Positions 38,639 to 49,879 are shown, counted from the first letter of the stretch. The stretch: DNA of 64,000 nucleotides from Vampirovibrionales bacterium (GCA_044346175.1 JBIIZQ010000005.1:20818-84817); one strand, 5' to 3'. Made by a program: numbers and translations. Notes: a model not told the origin generated them from the sequence alone.

Positions 38639-40828
38639 TTAGAGTAACATATCCGACATACGGAAATACCCTCTCAAGCCTCTAGGCTGATGTGTCGCCT
38701 GATAGCCTTGAGGTGGGGGTTGCACTTGTTCAGAAGAACCTGTAGAGGGTTCTTCTGTTGAAGCAGACTGCACTGACATATCTGTGTCTTCACTGCTACT
38801 TGAAGGAGGCGTTGCATCATTGCCAGTGGGACGAGCCTCTGCAATAGCTTGGAGCTTTTCAGCGTCTTTCGCTTGAGGAACACCGATGATACGTTCTAGG
38901 TCTGCATCATCAAGGGTTTCTTTTTCAAGGAGTTCTTTGACAATGGCATCCATGGCATCACGCTTACTGGCAAGCAGTTCTCGGACGTAGGTCACACGCT
39001 CAAACACTAAGGTTTTAACCTCTTCATCAATCTGCTGAGCAATTTGCTCGCTGTAGTTACGCTCCGAGCCAAAGTCACGGCCCATGAAGACATGCTCTTG
39101 TCGGTCGCCATAAGTAATGGGCCCTAACAACTCACTCATCCCATAGGCTGTGACGATACTACGTGCAATCTTCGAGACACGTTGCAGGTCGTTAGAAGCG
39201 CCTACCGTGACATCACCATACACTTGCTCCTCAGCGATACGGCCACCAAGTAATACACTAATTTCAGCCAACAAGTGTTTGCGGCTTGCATTGGTTGTGT
39301 CATCGGGCATGGTCCAAGTAATCCCAAGTGCCATCCCACGAGGTACAATGGTGACTTTGCGAACAGGGTCAGCTTCCTCTGTAAACCATGCTACAAGCGT
39401 ATGTCCCACTTCATGATAAGCCGTAATTTCTTTGTCTTTGCGGTTCATGAGTTTAGACTTGCGTTCAACGCCTGCCACAACACGGTCAATAGAGGCCTCA
39501 ATGTCAGACTGTTCGATTTTGGTTTTATCTTTACGGGCAGCAAGCAAGGCTCCTTCGTTTAAAAGGTTTTGCAAATCAGCACCTGTAAACCCTGGGGTTG
39601 CCTTGGCAAGACGATTGAGGTCGACCTCCGTATCTAATGCCTTATCTTTGGCATGGACACGTAAAATCTCCTCACGTCCTTTTACATCAGGGTGGTCAAG
39701 AACGACTTGACGGTCAAAACGACCAGGGCGTAACAAGGCTTTATCCAAAATATCAGGACGGTTTGTTGCTGCAATCATGATAATGCCCAAGGTTGCTTCA
39801 AAGCCGTCCATTTCAACAAGCAATTGGTTTAAGGTTTGTTCACGCTCATCGTGTCCACCACCCATACCAGCCCCACGTTGACGACCCACGGCATCAATCT
39901 CATCAATGAAAATGATACAAGGGGCGTTTTTCTTGGCTTGTTCAAAGAGGTCTCGTACACGAGAAGCCCCTACCCCGACAAACATTTCCACAAAGTCAGA
40001 ACCACTAATACTAAAGAACGGCACCCCAGCTTCACCCGCAACGGCTTTAGCGAGGAGGGTTTTCCCTGTCCCTGGCGGTCCCACAAGTAAAACCCCTTTG
40101 GGGATTTTGGCACCCAATTTTTGGTATTTTTCGCTATTTTTAAGGAAGTCTACAATTTCTTCAAGTTCTTGCTTGGGCTCATCTACGCCCGCCACATCTT
40201 GGAAACGTACCTTGATTTTATTCTCCATGACCATTTTGGCACGGCTCTTCCCAAAGGAGAGGGCTTGCCCACCGCCAGACTGTAAATTACGCAAAAGCAT
40301 AATAAAGAAGAAAAGAATAATCCCAGGTACAAGTAAGCTCCATAACACAGCCGTCCATTGGTTAGGTTGTGCGGGTGCCTCAAACGTATACTTGACGTGA
40401 TTTTTTTCTAGCTCGGGTAGGAGGGTTGAAGGAACCCCCGAAGTAGGTAACGTGACCTTATAATGTTGCGTAGGCTGAATGGGTTTTAAAGACAAATTCT
40501 GAAACACAGGTAAGTTACCGGTTGCATGACTTTGAGAGGCTTCAGGCTTTGTAACAGGCTTAGAAGAGGGTGGTTTAGCGGGGTTTGTTTTTTCTGTAGA
40601 GACCCCTTTGTTTGCCAGTGCTTTATCCTGACTAGAGGGCAAGGCAATAAGCTCTTGGGGTTTAATCACCACTTCAGCAATCTGATGATGTGAGACTTTG
40701 TCAATAAATTGTGAATACGGAATGGGCGTGACAATCTTGGGGCTACGTGGCACCAAGTAACTGGTTGCAAGTAAAAGGGCAATCAAGAGAAATACGGTTA
40801 CAAATAAACCGTTTTGGCGTTCTTTCAT
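38639..40828 (-). CDS. ftsH: ATP-dependent zinc metalloprotease FtsH
   Basis: Walker A GPPGTGKT, second region of homology, the HEVGH zinc motif, and N-terminal TM plus periplasmic domain. It has an unusually long acidic, S/T-rich C-terminal tail. Confidence 0.9.
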   Translation of the reverse strand: MKERQNGLFVTVFLLIALLLATSYLVPRSPKIVTPIPYSQFIDKVSHHQIAEVVIKPQELIALPSSQDKALANKGVSTEKTNPAKPPSSKPVTKPEASQSHATGNLPVFQNLSLKPIQPTQHYKVTLPTSGVPSTLLPELEKNHVKYTFEAPAQPNQWTAVLWSLLVPGIILFFFIMLLRNLQSGGGQALSFGKSRAKMVMENKIKVRFQDVAGVDEPKQELEEIVDFLKNSEKYQKLGAKIPKGVLLVGPPGTGKTLLAKAVAGEAGVPFFSISGSDFVEMFVGVGASRVRDLFEQAKKNAPCIIFIDEIDAVGRQRGAGMGGGHDEREQTLNQLLVEMDGFEATLGIIMIAATNRPDILDKALLRPGRFDRQVVLDHPDVKGREEILRVHAKDKALDTEVDLNRLAKATPGFTGADLQNLLNEGALLAARKDKTKIEQSDIEASIDRVVAGVERKSKLMNRKDKEITAYHEVGHTLVAWFTEEADPVRKVTIVPRGMALGITWTMPDDTTNASRKHLLAEISVLLGGRIAEEQVYGDVTVGASNDLQRVSKIARSIVTAYGMSELLGPITYGDRQEHVFMGRDFGSERNYSEQIAQQIDEEVKTLVFERVTYVRELLASKRDAMDAIVKELLEKETLDDADLERIIGVPQAKDAEKLQAIAEARPTGNDATPPSSSSEDTDMSVQSASTEEPSTGSSEQVQPPPQGYQATHQPRGLRGYFRMSDMLL

Positions 40829-41064
40829 AAGGTGAATACCCTAATCTTTCCCGTGAAAATCAACGGGCATCTTTATGGATAAAGTAACACGACATTGTAT
40901 ACACAACAGAAAAGCATAGAAACTTCCATCAGCAGTACCCATACAGACACAGTAACAGAATCCAACGCTTTAGAGAGGAAGGTACACACACTATGTTAAA
41001 AATTGTAACAATTTTAAGAAACTTTGCAAGCTATTTTTTGAAAACTCCCCTTAGTATGCCTCAT

Positions 41065-41874
41065 TTATGCTTCCAGTTCATAGCCTGAGTAAAGCCAAGG
41101 GTTCGGTAAAGAACGGGTAATGAGATACAGGGCATTCCTTGGGAGGAAAGGATTTTGGGATGGTGTATCTGCAAAGTCAGGATGAATGGGTGAAGTGGCA
41201 GAGGAGCTAGAGAGGGAGGAGGGTGCCACTGGAGCGACATTTTGCTTAGGTGTGTCTTGAGGTGATGATTGAGAACTATCGGGTATGGGTTTTGCCTTTA
41301 AGGACGTAGGCGCATAGGTGGCGGGGTTTAAATAGGCAGAGGTCATGAAATGATTCACCTGCTTGACGCTGGGGCGTACAATGAGGGGTTTAAGGATATT
41401 GTCATAGTAGAGATTTTCGGCAATCACAGCAGCATGGGTCACGATAAGTGCCTCGGCAGTGGTGACAAGCCAATGGACGGGTTTGGGGATTCTGTCTCGG
41501 TACCAATGCCGTCCCTGTTGGATGGTATGCAACGCTTTTTGCCCCCAAGAGCCAGCCATGGCTTTAAGACCTGTTAATGTGAGTTGCTTTACAGGCGTAA
41601 CTACAGGAGAGAGTATCTCATGATAGGTGCTTAAAAGCGGTGCATTACCAAAACGGGGCTGTTGGCTTTTTGTGAGGGATGTTGACCCTCTTGAAAAGCG
41701 ATGCACCCTTTGAAGTCCAGTTGAATGAGACCCTTGAGCCACTAAACCCAAGTAAGAACCAGCACACATCATACGCATCATTGAACCACCAAGACCTAGG
41801 AACATGTTCCCTGTAGAAAAGGAATACAAACGATAAGAGAAACATTCAAATGTAAACAGTATTGAAAGCCGCAT
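41065..41874 (-). CDS. Hypothetical protein (269 aa)
   Basis: An ORF with no recognised motifs. Confidence 0.3.
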   Translation of the reverse strand: MRLSILFTFECFSYRLYSFSTGNMFLGLGGSMMRMMCAGSYLGLVAQGSHSTGLQRVHRFSRGSTSLTKSQQPRFGNAPLLSTYHEILSPVVTPVKQLTLTGLKAMAGSWGQKALHTIQQGRHWYRDRIPKPVHWLVTTAEALIVTHAAVIAENLYYDNILKPLIVRPSVKQVNHFMTSAYLNPATYAPTSLKAKPIPDSSQSSPQDTPKQNVAPVAPSSLSSSSATSPIHPDFADTPSQNPFLPRNALYLITRSLPNPWLYSGYELEA

Positions 41875-41964
41875 GTCACTGTAGCATAAAGAAGCCTCAA
41901 AGATAGGGCGTGCTATGAGGTCACTCGGGACACTCGTATGAAAACGACTACCATCCTTATATGT

Positions 41965-42085
41965 CTCGTCATGCCGACGCAGCTCGGAATCCAGAAGAAG
42001 CGAGGTAAGAGGTTTAAAAGCCTGAATGCCTTTTTTCAGTGGCCTCAGTAGCTACTGTGGATACCGACTTTCGTCGGTATGACGC
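41965..42085. repeat. MITE/REP-like palindromic element, copy 2 (inverted relative to copy 1, with a longer internal segment)
   Basis: The left end tcgtcATGCCGACgcagcTCGGAATcc and the right end ggATACCGACtttcGTCGGTATgacgc are reverse complements of the two hairpins at 14516..14585. Confidence 0.8.
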
Positions 42086-42191
42086 TTTCACATATTCACA
42101 TATACAACATCCAACCTTACGGGATGTTGGCTTTTAAGTACACGCCTAGACTACCTACAATAAGTCCATTCCCTCAATTGTGCCAAAAAGG

Positions 42192-43547
42192 TTACGGGGC
42201 TTGCATCGCTTGTGGAAACTGGGTTTGAAGGGTCTCAAGAGCCGTCACAATAAAGGGGTCGTATTGGTCGGGGGCTCGTTCTAATAAATCAGGCGAACGC
42301 TTCAATGCTTGTAAAAGAGGTCGCCAACGTGCTTGGGTTAAATCAACCTTCACATGAGGTGCAATCCCCTTGTGATGAATATCTGTACCATTAGGGGTAA
42401 GATATTGAGCCACTGTAATATTCACACCCGTTTCGCTGGGAAGGGTTTCAATCCGTTGTACAATGCCCTTGCCAAAGGTGGTTTGACCTACCAAAATAGC
42501 ACGTTGATTATCTTTTAAGGCACCAGCAAAAATCTCACTGGAGCTAGCACTGCTTTCATTGGTGAGGAGAACGATAGGTTTATCGGTAAAGATGGGGGGA
42601 GAGGCATCTAAATCACGAGAGTTCATAGGGTTACGCTCGTTCACTTTGAGGATGAGTCCTTTTGCTAAAAACATGTCTGCAATGTTGACAGCCTCTGAGA
42701 GTAACCCGCCATAGTTTTCGCGCAGGTCAATGATATAAGCTTGTTTAGGTCCTAGTTTTTCAAGGGCTTTGAGGGTCTCTTCCGCCGTGTTTTCTGCAAT
42801 AAAGCTTGTGATTTGGATATAACCGATTTGAGGGTGTTTGGGGAGAGTATGTGTGTAAATACTCTGAACCGAGATTTTGTCTCTAATGAGTGTAAACACC
42901 TTTTTCATAGTTTTCTCGGGAGCCTGTGCTTGTCCTGCACTTGGCTCTAAATGACGTAACACTGTTATGCTGACCTTGGTACCCTTAGCACCTCGAATTC
43001 GGCTTACGGTCTCTTCCACAGAGAGGTTATCAGTAGGTTGATTATCCACTTTTAAAACAATATCGCCTGCCATAAGTCCTGCCCGTTTGGCTGGAGACCC
43101 CTCAATGGGTGTGACCACTACCACACGTCCCTGACGTTTACTCACTTGAATGCCTACACCAAAGAGTTCTGCAGCAATGGATTGGCTTTGCTCCGTCACT
43201 TGCTTGGGGGTAAGAAAACGTGTGTAGGGGTCGCCTAAAGAAGCAATCATGGTATCAATGGCAACATAGGCATCCTCTTGGGTCATCACAAAAGCATCGT
43301 AGCGGTGTCGCCAACGTTCCCAGTCTTGATGATTCATATCAGGGTGTAAGTAATCTTGTTTGAGGCGTTGCCAAACTGTGTCATACAAGCGTATTGCCTG
43401 TTGAGCCTCGGGGGGTCTGTTTGCACCTTCTTGCATACAGCCTGATAATCCTACTGTGAGCAACATGCCCACCATAAACACGAGTGTTTGCAGGGACTTT
43501 AATAAGGGCGTACACGCACGGTGAGGGGTGTTCATAAGACGTTCCAA
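42192..43547 (-). CDS. C-terminal processing (tail-specific) peptidase, S41 family, with PDZ domain
   Basis: PDZ segment GDIVLKVDNQPT and the S41 catalytic region LTNESSASSSEIFAGALKDNQRAILVGQTTFGKG (Ser/Lys dyad context). Confidence 0.8.
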   Translation of the reverse strand: MERLMNTPHRACTPLLKSLQTLVFMVGMLLTVGLSGCMQEGANRPPEAQQAIRLYDTVWQRLKQDYLHPDMNHQDWERWRHRYDAFVMTQEDAYVAIDTMIASLGDPYTRFLTPKQVTEQSQSIAAELFGVGIQVSKRQGRVVVVTPIEGSPAKRAGLMAGDIVLKVDNQPTDNLSVEETVSRIRGAKGTKVSITVLRHLEPSAGQAQAPEKTMKKVFTLIRDKISVQSIYTHTLPKHPQIGYIQITSFIAENTAEETLKALEKLGPKQAYIIDLRENYGGLLSEAVNIADMFLAKGLILKVNERNPMNSRDLDASPPIFTDKPIVLLTNESSASSSEIFAGALKDNQRAILVGQTTFGKGIVQRIETLPSETGVNITVAQYLTPNGTDIHHKGIAPHVKVDLTQARWRPLLQALKRSPDLLERAPDQYDPFIVTALETLQTQFPQAMQAP

Positions 43548-43674
43548 AGTGATTTATACCTAAACAAGCAATCAAAAAGGGTGAAACCTATCCTAGCTAT
43601 TAAACATTAAAAAGTTGCTTTTCTTCTATCACAAAGACAGAGACTCCTCTATTATGAGGGTAATCACTTGGACA

Positions 43675-44565
43675 CTAAGTGGTTTCTGCTTGTGTCCACG
43701 CAGATTGAATTTGGGTCGCAAGGGTGTCTAGTGTGGCATGTTCCTCATGGGGAATCGGTGGGCAAATCGTCACCGTATATTGAGGGCGAGAGGCCCTAGG
43801 GTGATACTGTAACACCACAGGTAAAACGGGGGCTTTATTTTTAAGTGCAAAAAAAGCAGCACCTTGTTTAATACTTGCTGTATCGGCTGTTTCAACAGGT
43901 GTTTGGGCTTCATCAGTCATAGAGACTTTTTTACGGGTACCTTCAGGAAAAATCCCTAAATGCCAGCAATCCTGCGTCATGGCTTGAGGTTTTAACACAC
44001 GTTTAACGCTTTTGACAGTAGAAAGCTCTACCTTGGTACGGTTCACGGCAATAGTACAAAACCGAGAAAGAAGCCAACGAATCCACGCTTTTTCATACAG
44101 CTCTTGCTTAGCAAGGTATGCAATTGGCATGGGCCATAAAGCGACTGACAGGGCAGGGGGGTCCCAGTTGGATTGATGTGTTGCAGCAATGACGTAGGGT
44201 GTCATAAAACGTTCAAGGGGTAAATGCTCTTTCCCTTTTACTTGAATACCCTTCCAAAAGACAATCGGAAGATGCAAAAAAAATACGGCTACATAGTAGG
44301 CACCTCTGAAAAAAGGGTTTTGAAGCGTCTCTTCTGACACTGCATTAGGGGTCTCTGTGTTCTTGCAAAAGGCTTGCCATTGTTGCCATAAAGTCATCAT
44401 GACGTTAGAAACTTCCCGTAAAGCATGGACTACGATAGTAAGAGTAACATTTAAGGGTCTATATTGTCCAAAGTATAGCTGAAATGCTCCCGCAAAACAA
44501 AAGTAAAAAGAGAATGCCCAAACAGAAGTGCTAAAATACCCTTGCTCTTTTGCAAAAAATAACAA
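43675..44565 (-). CDS. 1-acyl-sn-glycerol-3-phosphate acyltransferase (PlsC family)
   Basis: HxxxxD motif (ATHQSNWDPP) and FPEGTR motif. An N-terminal TM helix is present. Confidence 0.75.
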   Translation of the reverse strand: MLFFAKEQGYFSTSVWAFSFYFCFAGAFQLYFGQYRPLNVTLTIVVHALREVSNVMMTLWQQWQAFCKNTETPNAVSEETLQNPFFRGAYYVAVFFLHLPIVFWKGIQVKGKEHLPLERFMTPYVIAATHQSNWDPPALSVALWPMPIAYLAKQELYEKAWIRWLLSRFCTIAVNRTKVELSTVKSVKRVLKPQAMTQDCWHLGIFPEGTRKKVSMTDEAQTPVETADTASIKQGAAFFALKNKAPVLPVVLQYHPRASRPQYTVTICPPIPHEEHATLDTLATQIQSAWTQAETT

Positions 44566-44680
44566 AAACTAAACATCGCCTTAAACAGGACTCAATAAAA
44601 TCAAGGAAAGACTCGATGATAATAGTATCCTTTAAAAATAGTGTAATATCGTTTGTATCTGTAAGAAAGCTATCCCTACA

Positions 44681-45226
44681 ATGACAGACTGGCAAAACCT
44701 TGAAACCCCTATTAGAAATCTGAATGCTTCAGGCAAGAAGTATTATGTTATTGGTGACTACAAGAAGCATGGTCAAAGACGGCTGTATGCTACCAAGATA
44801 GATTATAATCAAGTCAAACAAGGTGATCTTGTGTTTCCAGCAGGAGCAGGAGGGATAAACTTTAAGAACTTACCAGCGAGTAATCATGTTCGTGGTTTCA
44901 AAACACCAACAACCTTTGGTCTAGGCGAACTACGAGTCTATGATTTGTCAAAAGGGTTTGGTCGTGGTTTAAACTATGAAAGCACGCAAATGCAGTATGA
45001 CCCTTTGGGTAATCCGATTGGTCAAGCTGATATGACCAGTATTCCCGCCACGGTACTCTATGGTGTCATAAGAAAGACTACTCCTGATGATGCAGGAAGT
45101 GTAAATTTTGAAGAAGGTATGGAAAAGATGAATGGGGGATGCCCGATAGATATTGATGTAGACGAAAATAATGATGGCAAAACGGATTATACGGTGCGAC
45201 ATCAAGGTAACAGGATTTGTAAGTAA
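44681..45226 (+). CDS. Hypothetical small protein (181 aa) in an AT-richer patch
   Basis: An ORF with no recognised motifs. It is followed by ~400 bp of non-coding DNA. Confidence 0.35.
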   Translation: MTDWQNLETPIRNLNASGKKYYVIGDYKKHGQRRLYATKIDYNQVKQGDLVFPAGAGGINFKNLPASNHVRGFKTPTTFGLGELRVYDLSKGFGRGLNYESTQMQYDPLGNPIGQADMTSIPATVLYGVIRKTTPDDAGSVNFEEGMEKMNGGCPIDIDVDENNDGKTDYTVRHQGNRICK

Positions 45227-45644
45227 TATACCTTAGATACGGTGAACATTTGCCTAGAGGGTGTAGCGTCGATAGCATCTCACTCTAGGGGGAGGGGCGT
45301 TTGTCATGTCGATACTTGTCACGTCATAGCTGGCTGTAAAGAGGTATGGCAAAAGAGGATACAGTATAACTTCTTGTCAACAGCCATGCCGATATAGGTT
45401 CAAAATCCAGAGGATTGTGAAGTGTGGCAAGGGAAGGAGAGAGCTTCTTGATTGTTTCACATACAAGTAAAGGGTGCTGGGGAGGCTTTATGATCCCAAC
45501 ACGAGTACGTATATCTCCTATGGTTAAACGAGATATGCACCCTTCACACACCATAAATACCCTTCCAACTCGATACTAGTAGTACTATAAAGCTTTTTTA
45601 TCGCTTGTTTTACTGATGTACACTGTTGGAAATGACCCGTTTTT

Positions 45645-48600
45645 ATGATGAACTCAACGAACTTTTCCTCCCAAGGTGACTTTTCTCAAGATACCCCTAC
45701 CCAAGAAGCTGGGGGAGGACAAAGCACCTCGTTTTCAAAAAAAGAAGTACGTCGTACCCCTCTTGTCCCGCCTATTGCTTGGCTCTGTATGGGCGTTGTA
45801 CTCATTGGAGTTGTGTTTTTTGCGTTTCAGTCAAACCCAACGCTTCATGCCTTTTTGAGTGGGGTGACTGGGGAATCAAGTACCAGCGTTGGGAGTGTTG
45901 CCGAAAACTATTTCGGGCAGCTTTCTCGTCCGCTCATTCCTGAAAGCTCACTGTATTTACCCCTAGGGGTTCAGGCAATTATCTCTTTGGGGATTATTGT
46001 GGCCATGCTCACCATTGGTTGGGCAAAACCGCAAGCCCGCCGTATGATTATGCTGCTGACAGTATTCAGTGTGACACGTCAACTTATTTGGCGTGCTGTG
46101 GATACGATGGACTTTCAGACACAATCTCCCGTGGTACTTGCCGTAGGTTATGGGATTTTTGTGGCTGAAGTGCTTTCGTTTATTCATCTTATTTTTGGCT
46201 ACTTTCAGCTCTGGAGTCCGACGCATCGAGAAGCCCCAAAAATCAATACGTCTGACCCGTCTCGTTTGCCCTTTGTGGATGTATTTGTCCCGAGTTATAA
46301 CGAGCCTGTGAGTGTGGTTTACCGAACCTTGGTAGGGTGTATCGGTATGGATTACCCTAATAAGACGGTTTATTTGTGCGATGACAAGGCACGTCCTGAA
46401 ATGGCACAATTGGCTGAGAAACTAGGGGTACGTTATTTGTCTCGTGTGGATAACGTCCATGCAAAAGCAGGCAACTTAAACAACGCTTTGCGTCACTCTC
46501 GTGGGGAGTATTGCGTTATTTTTGATGCCGACCATGTGCCTTGCAAAAAGTTTATCAATGAGATTATCGGGTATTTTCAAGACCCCGAAATTGGCTTTGT
46601 CCAAACGCCTCAGCACTTTTTCACTCTTGACCCATTTCAACGTAACTTGTTAGCCGAGCAAATCGCTAATAACGAGCAAGACTTATTTTATCACGTGATT
46701 CAACCAGGGAATGACCACTGGGGAGCGGCGTTCTTTGCTGGGAGTGGTGCGATGTTCCGTCGTCAAGCTCTCAATGATGTTGGTGGGTTTGCCACTGAAA
46801 CCATTACCGAGGACTTCCATACCAGTATTCGTGTGCAAGCCTTGGGTTGGAAGTCTGCCTACCATCCTAAAGACCTTGCCGCAGGGCTGGCTCAAGACTC
46901 CTATGCCGACTTTGTCAAGCAACGTCTACGTTGGGCAAGAGGGATGACCCAGGTTCTCTTTTATGATAACCCTCTCTTTAAGCGCGGCTTAAATTTGGCA
47001 CAGCGCATGTGTTACTTCACCAGTATTTTATACTTCTTCAATGCGATTCATCGTGTGGTATTCCTTACGGCACCTCTTTTCTTCCTTGTGTTTGGTTTAA
47101 TGACCATTAACGCAGGCTTCCTTGAGGTTGTGGTGTACTATTTACCTTCCTTTGTGTGCTTGTTTTTTGGCTACAGTGTGCTTACGTATGGTTTCAGACA
47201 CACGTTCTGGTCAGAAGTGTATGAATCTGCAACGTGTATTGACCTTTTATGTGCCACGGTAGGTACGATTCTTAGCCCTAAGGGTAAAATCTTTAACGTG
47301 ACCCCCAAGGGTGGTACCAACGCACAAACGGTGTTTCATTGGCAGTCTGTGTGGGTACAGATTTTTCTTACCGTGGTAAGTGTCTTTGGGATTTTTATGG
47401 GGGTTTTCCGAGCCTTAACCACTCCCAGTTATGTAGGCGGTATTTTTACGAACCTCTTCTGGACAGTGTATAACATTACCTTGCTTGTTGGGGCTTTCTT
47501 TGTGGCTCAAGAGCGTCCACAACTACGTTTAAACCCTCGTATTGACCGTCGTATCCGTTGTGACCTTCGTCTTTTGGATGGGTCTATCGCTGTAGGGTAC
47601 ACCACCAATATTTCCGAGAATGGGCTTGCCATGGAGTTTGAAGAACCCGTGCCTGTTTCAGGGACGATGGCACTCAAAGTACTGGATTGGGAAACCAACG
47701 AAATTAGCTTCTTGAGCGTCCAGGCGGTTCGTAGCGTGATGGATGAACAAGGCAAGCATTATGTCGGGTTCCGAGTCGTCAACCGTACCGAGGAGCAACA
47801 CCGCAAGCTTATTTATCATATGTTTGGGTCTGCCGAAGCGTGGCACCACGACCAAACGGCACTTACACCGCTGAGTGCCTATAAATCCTTCATTGAAAGT
47901 CCGATGCGTCTTTCCACCATTGAGCAGATGACCTTCCGCCGTCGTAGTCCCCGTTTCCGTGCCAGCTTACAAGTGCGTCTTTTCAGTGGTACGCAGGATT
48001 ACTCCGCTACAACGATTGATGTTTCTGAAAGTGGCTTGCTCCTAATGATGTATCATCCTAAGGAAAACCTATTACAATCACGGGTTGATATTCAAATCCA
48101 GTGGAGTAATGGCTCCGTAGGTACTTTACAAGGGATTGTAAAACGGGTTGACCCCATGCTAGGTACCCCTGGTGCTTTCAAACTTGCCCTTAACTTTGTT
48201 GACCTCAGTCGTGAGCAGCGTCAAGCACTGATTAGTCAATTATTTGGTCCTCGTCCTGGGGTTGTACGTGTGGCACCGCCTTCACACCTCATGATTGGCT
48301 GTAAAGTACAAAACGCCCAAGGACAAACCGTAGCCGGTGTGACGCAAGAGGTGAGCGAAATGGGTATCAGGCTTCTTCTGAATCAATCGCTTCCTGTTGA
48401 GATGCACGAGGAAGTTTCCATTATGCTCCACTGGGAGCAAACACCCCATGTTAAAGCGGGAGGGTATCCTCCGCAAGAGATGGAACAAGTCCCTCAGTCT
48501 AAAGTGTATAAGACCATTGTGGTGGGGTATCAGCACCCCAGTGCAGGTAATCCTCGAGCGGAGTTATTGCTATACTTTAAGGACATTAACTTGCAAAGTC

Positions 48601-48665
48601 TGGATGAAATCTCACAGTACTTGCATCAAAGTAACACCTTACTTGAAGCCGCTCAACGAGGTTAA
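45645..48665 (+). CDS. Processive family-2 glycosyltransferase (cellulose-synthase/BcsA-like) fused to tandem C-terminal PilZ domains
   Basis: GT2 motifs are LCDDKARP (DD), FDADHVP (DxD), ITEDFHT (TED), and KQRLRWARG (QxxRW), with multiple TM helices flanking the catalytic domain. At least two PilZ units are present: (RIDRRIR...NISENG) and (RRRSPRFR...DVSESG). A third degenerate one may also be present. Confidence 0.75.
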   Translation: MMNSTNFSSQGDFSQDTPTQEAGGGQSTSFSKKEVRRTPLVPPIAWLCMGVVLIGVVFFAFQSNPTLHAFLSGVTGESSTSVGSVAENYFGQLSRPLIPESSLYLPLGVQAIISLGIIVAMLTIGWAKPQARRMIMLLTVFSVTRQLIWRAVDTMDFQTQSPVVLAVGYGIFVAEVLSFIHLIFGYFQLWSPTHREAPKINTSDPSRLPFVDVFVPSYNEPVSVVYRTLVGCIGMDYPNKTVYLCDDKARPEMAQLAEKLGVRYLSRVDNVHAKAGNLNNALRHSRGEYCVIFDADHVPCKKFINEIIGYFQDPEIGFVQTPQHFFTLDPFQRNLLAEQIANNEQDLFYHVIQPGNDHWGAAFFAGSGAMFRRQALNDVGGFATETITEDFHTSIRVQALGWKSAYHPKDLAAGLAQDSYADFVKQRLRWARGMTQVLFYDNPLFKRGLNLAQRMCYFTSILYFFNAIHRVVFLTAPLFFLVFGLMTINAGFLEVVVYYLPSFVCLFFGYSVLTYGFRHTFWSEVYESATCIDLLCATVGTILSPKGKIFNVTPKGGTNAQTVFHWQSVWVQIFLTVVSVFGIFMGVFRALTTPSYVGGIFTNLFWTVYNITLLVGAFFVAQERPQLRLNPRIDRRIRCDLRLLDGSIAVGYTTNISENGLAMEFEEPVPVSGTMALKVLDWETNEISFLSVQAVRSVMDEQGKHYVGFRVVNRTEEQHRKLIYHMFGSAEAWHHDQTALTPLSAYKSFIESPMRLSTIEQMTFRRRSPRFRASLQVRLFSGTQDYSATTIDVSESGLLLMMYHPKENLLQSRVDIQIQWSNGSVGTLQGIVKRVDPMLGTPGAFKLALNFVDLSREQRQALISQLFGPRPGVVRVAPPSHLMIGCKVQNAQGQTVAGVTQEVSEMGIRLLLNQSLPVEMHEEVSIMLHWEQTPHVKAGGYPPQEMEQVPQSKVYKTIVVGYQHPSAGNPRAELLLYFKDINLQSLDEISQYLHQSNTLLEAAQRG

Positions 48666-48789
48666 TCTAAACGTTTCAACACCAACCCCAACCCTACGCC
48701 TTCTCTTGGTTGATTCAAGAGGAGGCGTAGGGGGTTTTTAGCTTTGGCTTAGGCAAATAAAGGGAGGATGCTCCCTCTTAAGGGCTTGA

Positions 48790-49551
48790 CTATGCTAATT
48801 TGTAAGCGGGGAGTTGGAACAAGGGTAAACGAATACAGTCTGCGGGTGTGAGTTCAGTGGGGTCGTAACGAGCATCTAAGAGTCCGACGTGTTGATAGGC
48901 AGCACTTACAAGCTCAGAACAGAAAAAACGTGACGCATCCTCCTGGGTATAATCGTGGTGTGGATTTTTATTTTCTCGAGGGGTACCGAGTGGGTCAATG
49001 GCCGAGAGTGCTGCTTGAAACATATCGTAAGGTTTACCCAACTGGGTCTCAAGATACCGCTCAAAGGCTGGCATGACCGCAAAAAATCTCGGACGTATTT
49101 TCTGAGGTTCAAGGGGTAACCACCATATATCGCCTACATACCCACGGCATTTTTCCTCAAGGTCAATGGTTTGTACGCCATTAAACGTACCGCCTTGGTT
49201 GGCTTCAATCAGAGTCACGCATCCGTCCTCTTCACGACGTGCAACAACCGCAACGTGTGAAACCTCCGAGCGTGTCACCCACTGAATGATGCGACTAAAC
49301 GGTGCCACACCTCCAAAAGCAATCATATCCCCTATTTGCACTTGGGCGACTAAACGTTGTAACGGGGTCTGTGTGACGGCTTGCCATCTCGGTAAGGGTT
49401 GGGCATCCCAGAGAGGGTCTTGTAAAAGTCCAGCAAGCCAACGTTTGGGCTGTTGTAGTACCGCTTCACGAGCGGCTTTTTTTGCTTGGCATGTCTTTCG
49501 ATTCACATAACGTTGGAAGAGTTTCGGTGTGTGTGGATGGTGCATGACCAT
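48790..49551 (-). CDS. Permuted papain-fold (YiiX/YaeF-like, C92-type) putative amidase/peptidase
   Basis: GDMIAFGG...SRIIQWVTRSEVSHVAVV (His region) followed by C-terminal FCSELVSAAY (Cys region) matches the circularly permuted NlpC/P60-like arrangement. Confidence 0.45.
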   Translation of the reverse strand: MVMHHPHTPKLFQRYVNRKTCQAKKAAREAVLQQPKRWLAGLLQDPLWDAQPLPRWQAVTQTPLQRLVAQVQIGDMIAFGGVAPFSRIIQWVTRSEVSHVAVVARREEDGCVTLIEANQGGTFNGVQTIDLEEKCRGYVGDIWWLPLEPQKIRPRFFAVMPAFERYLETQLGKPYDMFQAALSAIDPLGTPRENKNPHHDYTQEDASRFFCSELVSAAYQHVGLLDARYDPTELTPADCIRLPLFQLPAYKLA

Positions 49552-49723
49552 AGCATATCCCTTTCAGCATTCGTGAAGTAGTGGCAAGTAATCTCTATCA
49601 AATCATCCGTGATAAATACTGCGACATCAAGTATTGATAGCACAGTACAGTCACTGACTTTCTTTAGCGTACCACTGGGATTAAATCCTTTTTGAACCGA
49701 ACCAGCCGCCCCTACACCATACC

Positions 49724-49769
49724 CTAGATTCCGTCCTGCATCGGAATGACTCGGCAGGGCGGAATCTAG
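49724..49769. repeat. MITE/REP-like element, copy 3 (single-hairpin variant with an outer inverted repeat)
   Basis: ctagATTCCGtcctgcatCGGAATGACtcggcagggCGGAATctag is related to the ATTCCGACctgcGTCGGAATGAC arm of copy 1 (19 of 23 identical). Confidence 0.6.
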
Positions 49770-49879
49770 GGACTACGATAAGTAATAAAGTCGGTCGCTA
49801 CGCTACAGGTCGCAATAAAAAGTCCTCCCAAGCTAAGGTGCTAGGAGGACTTTTTGAAGGGTTATCAAAGTGTGTAGGG

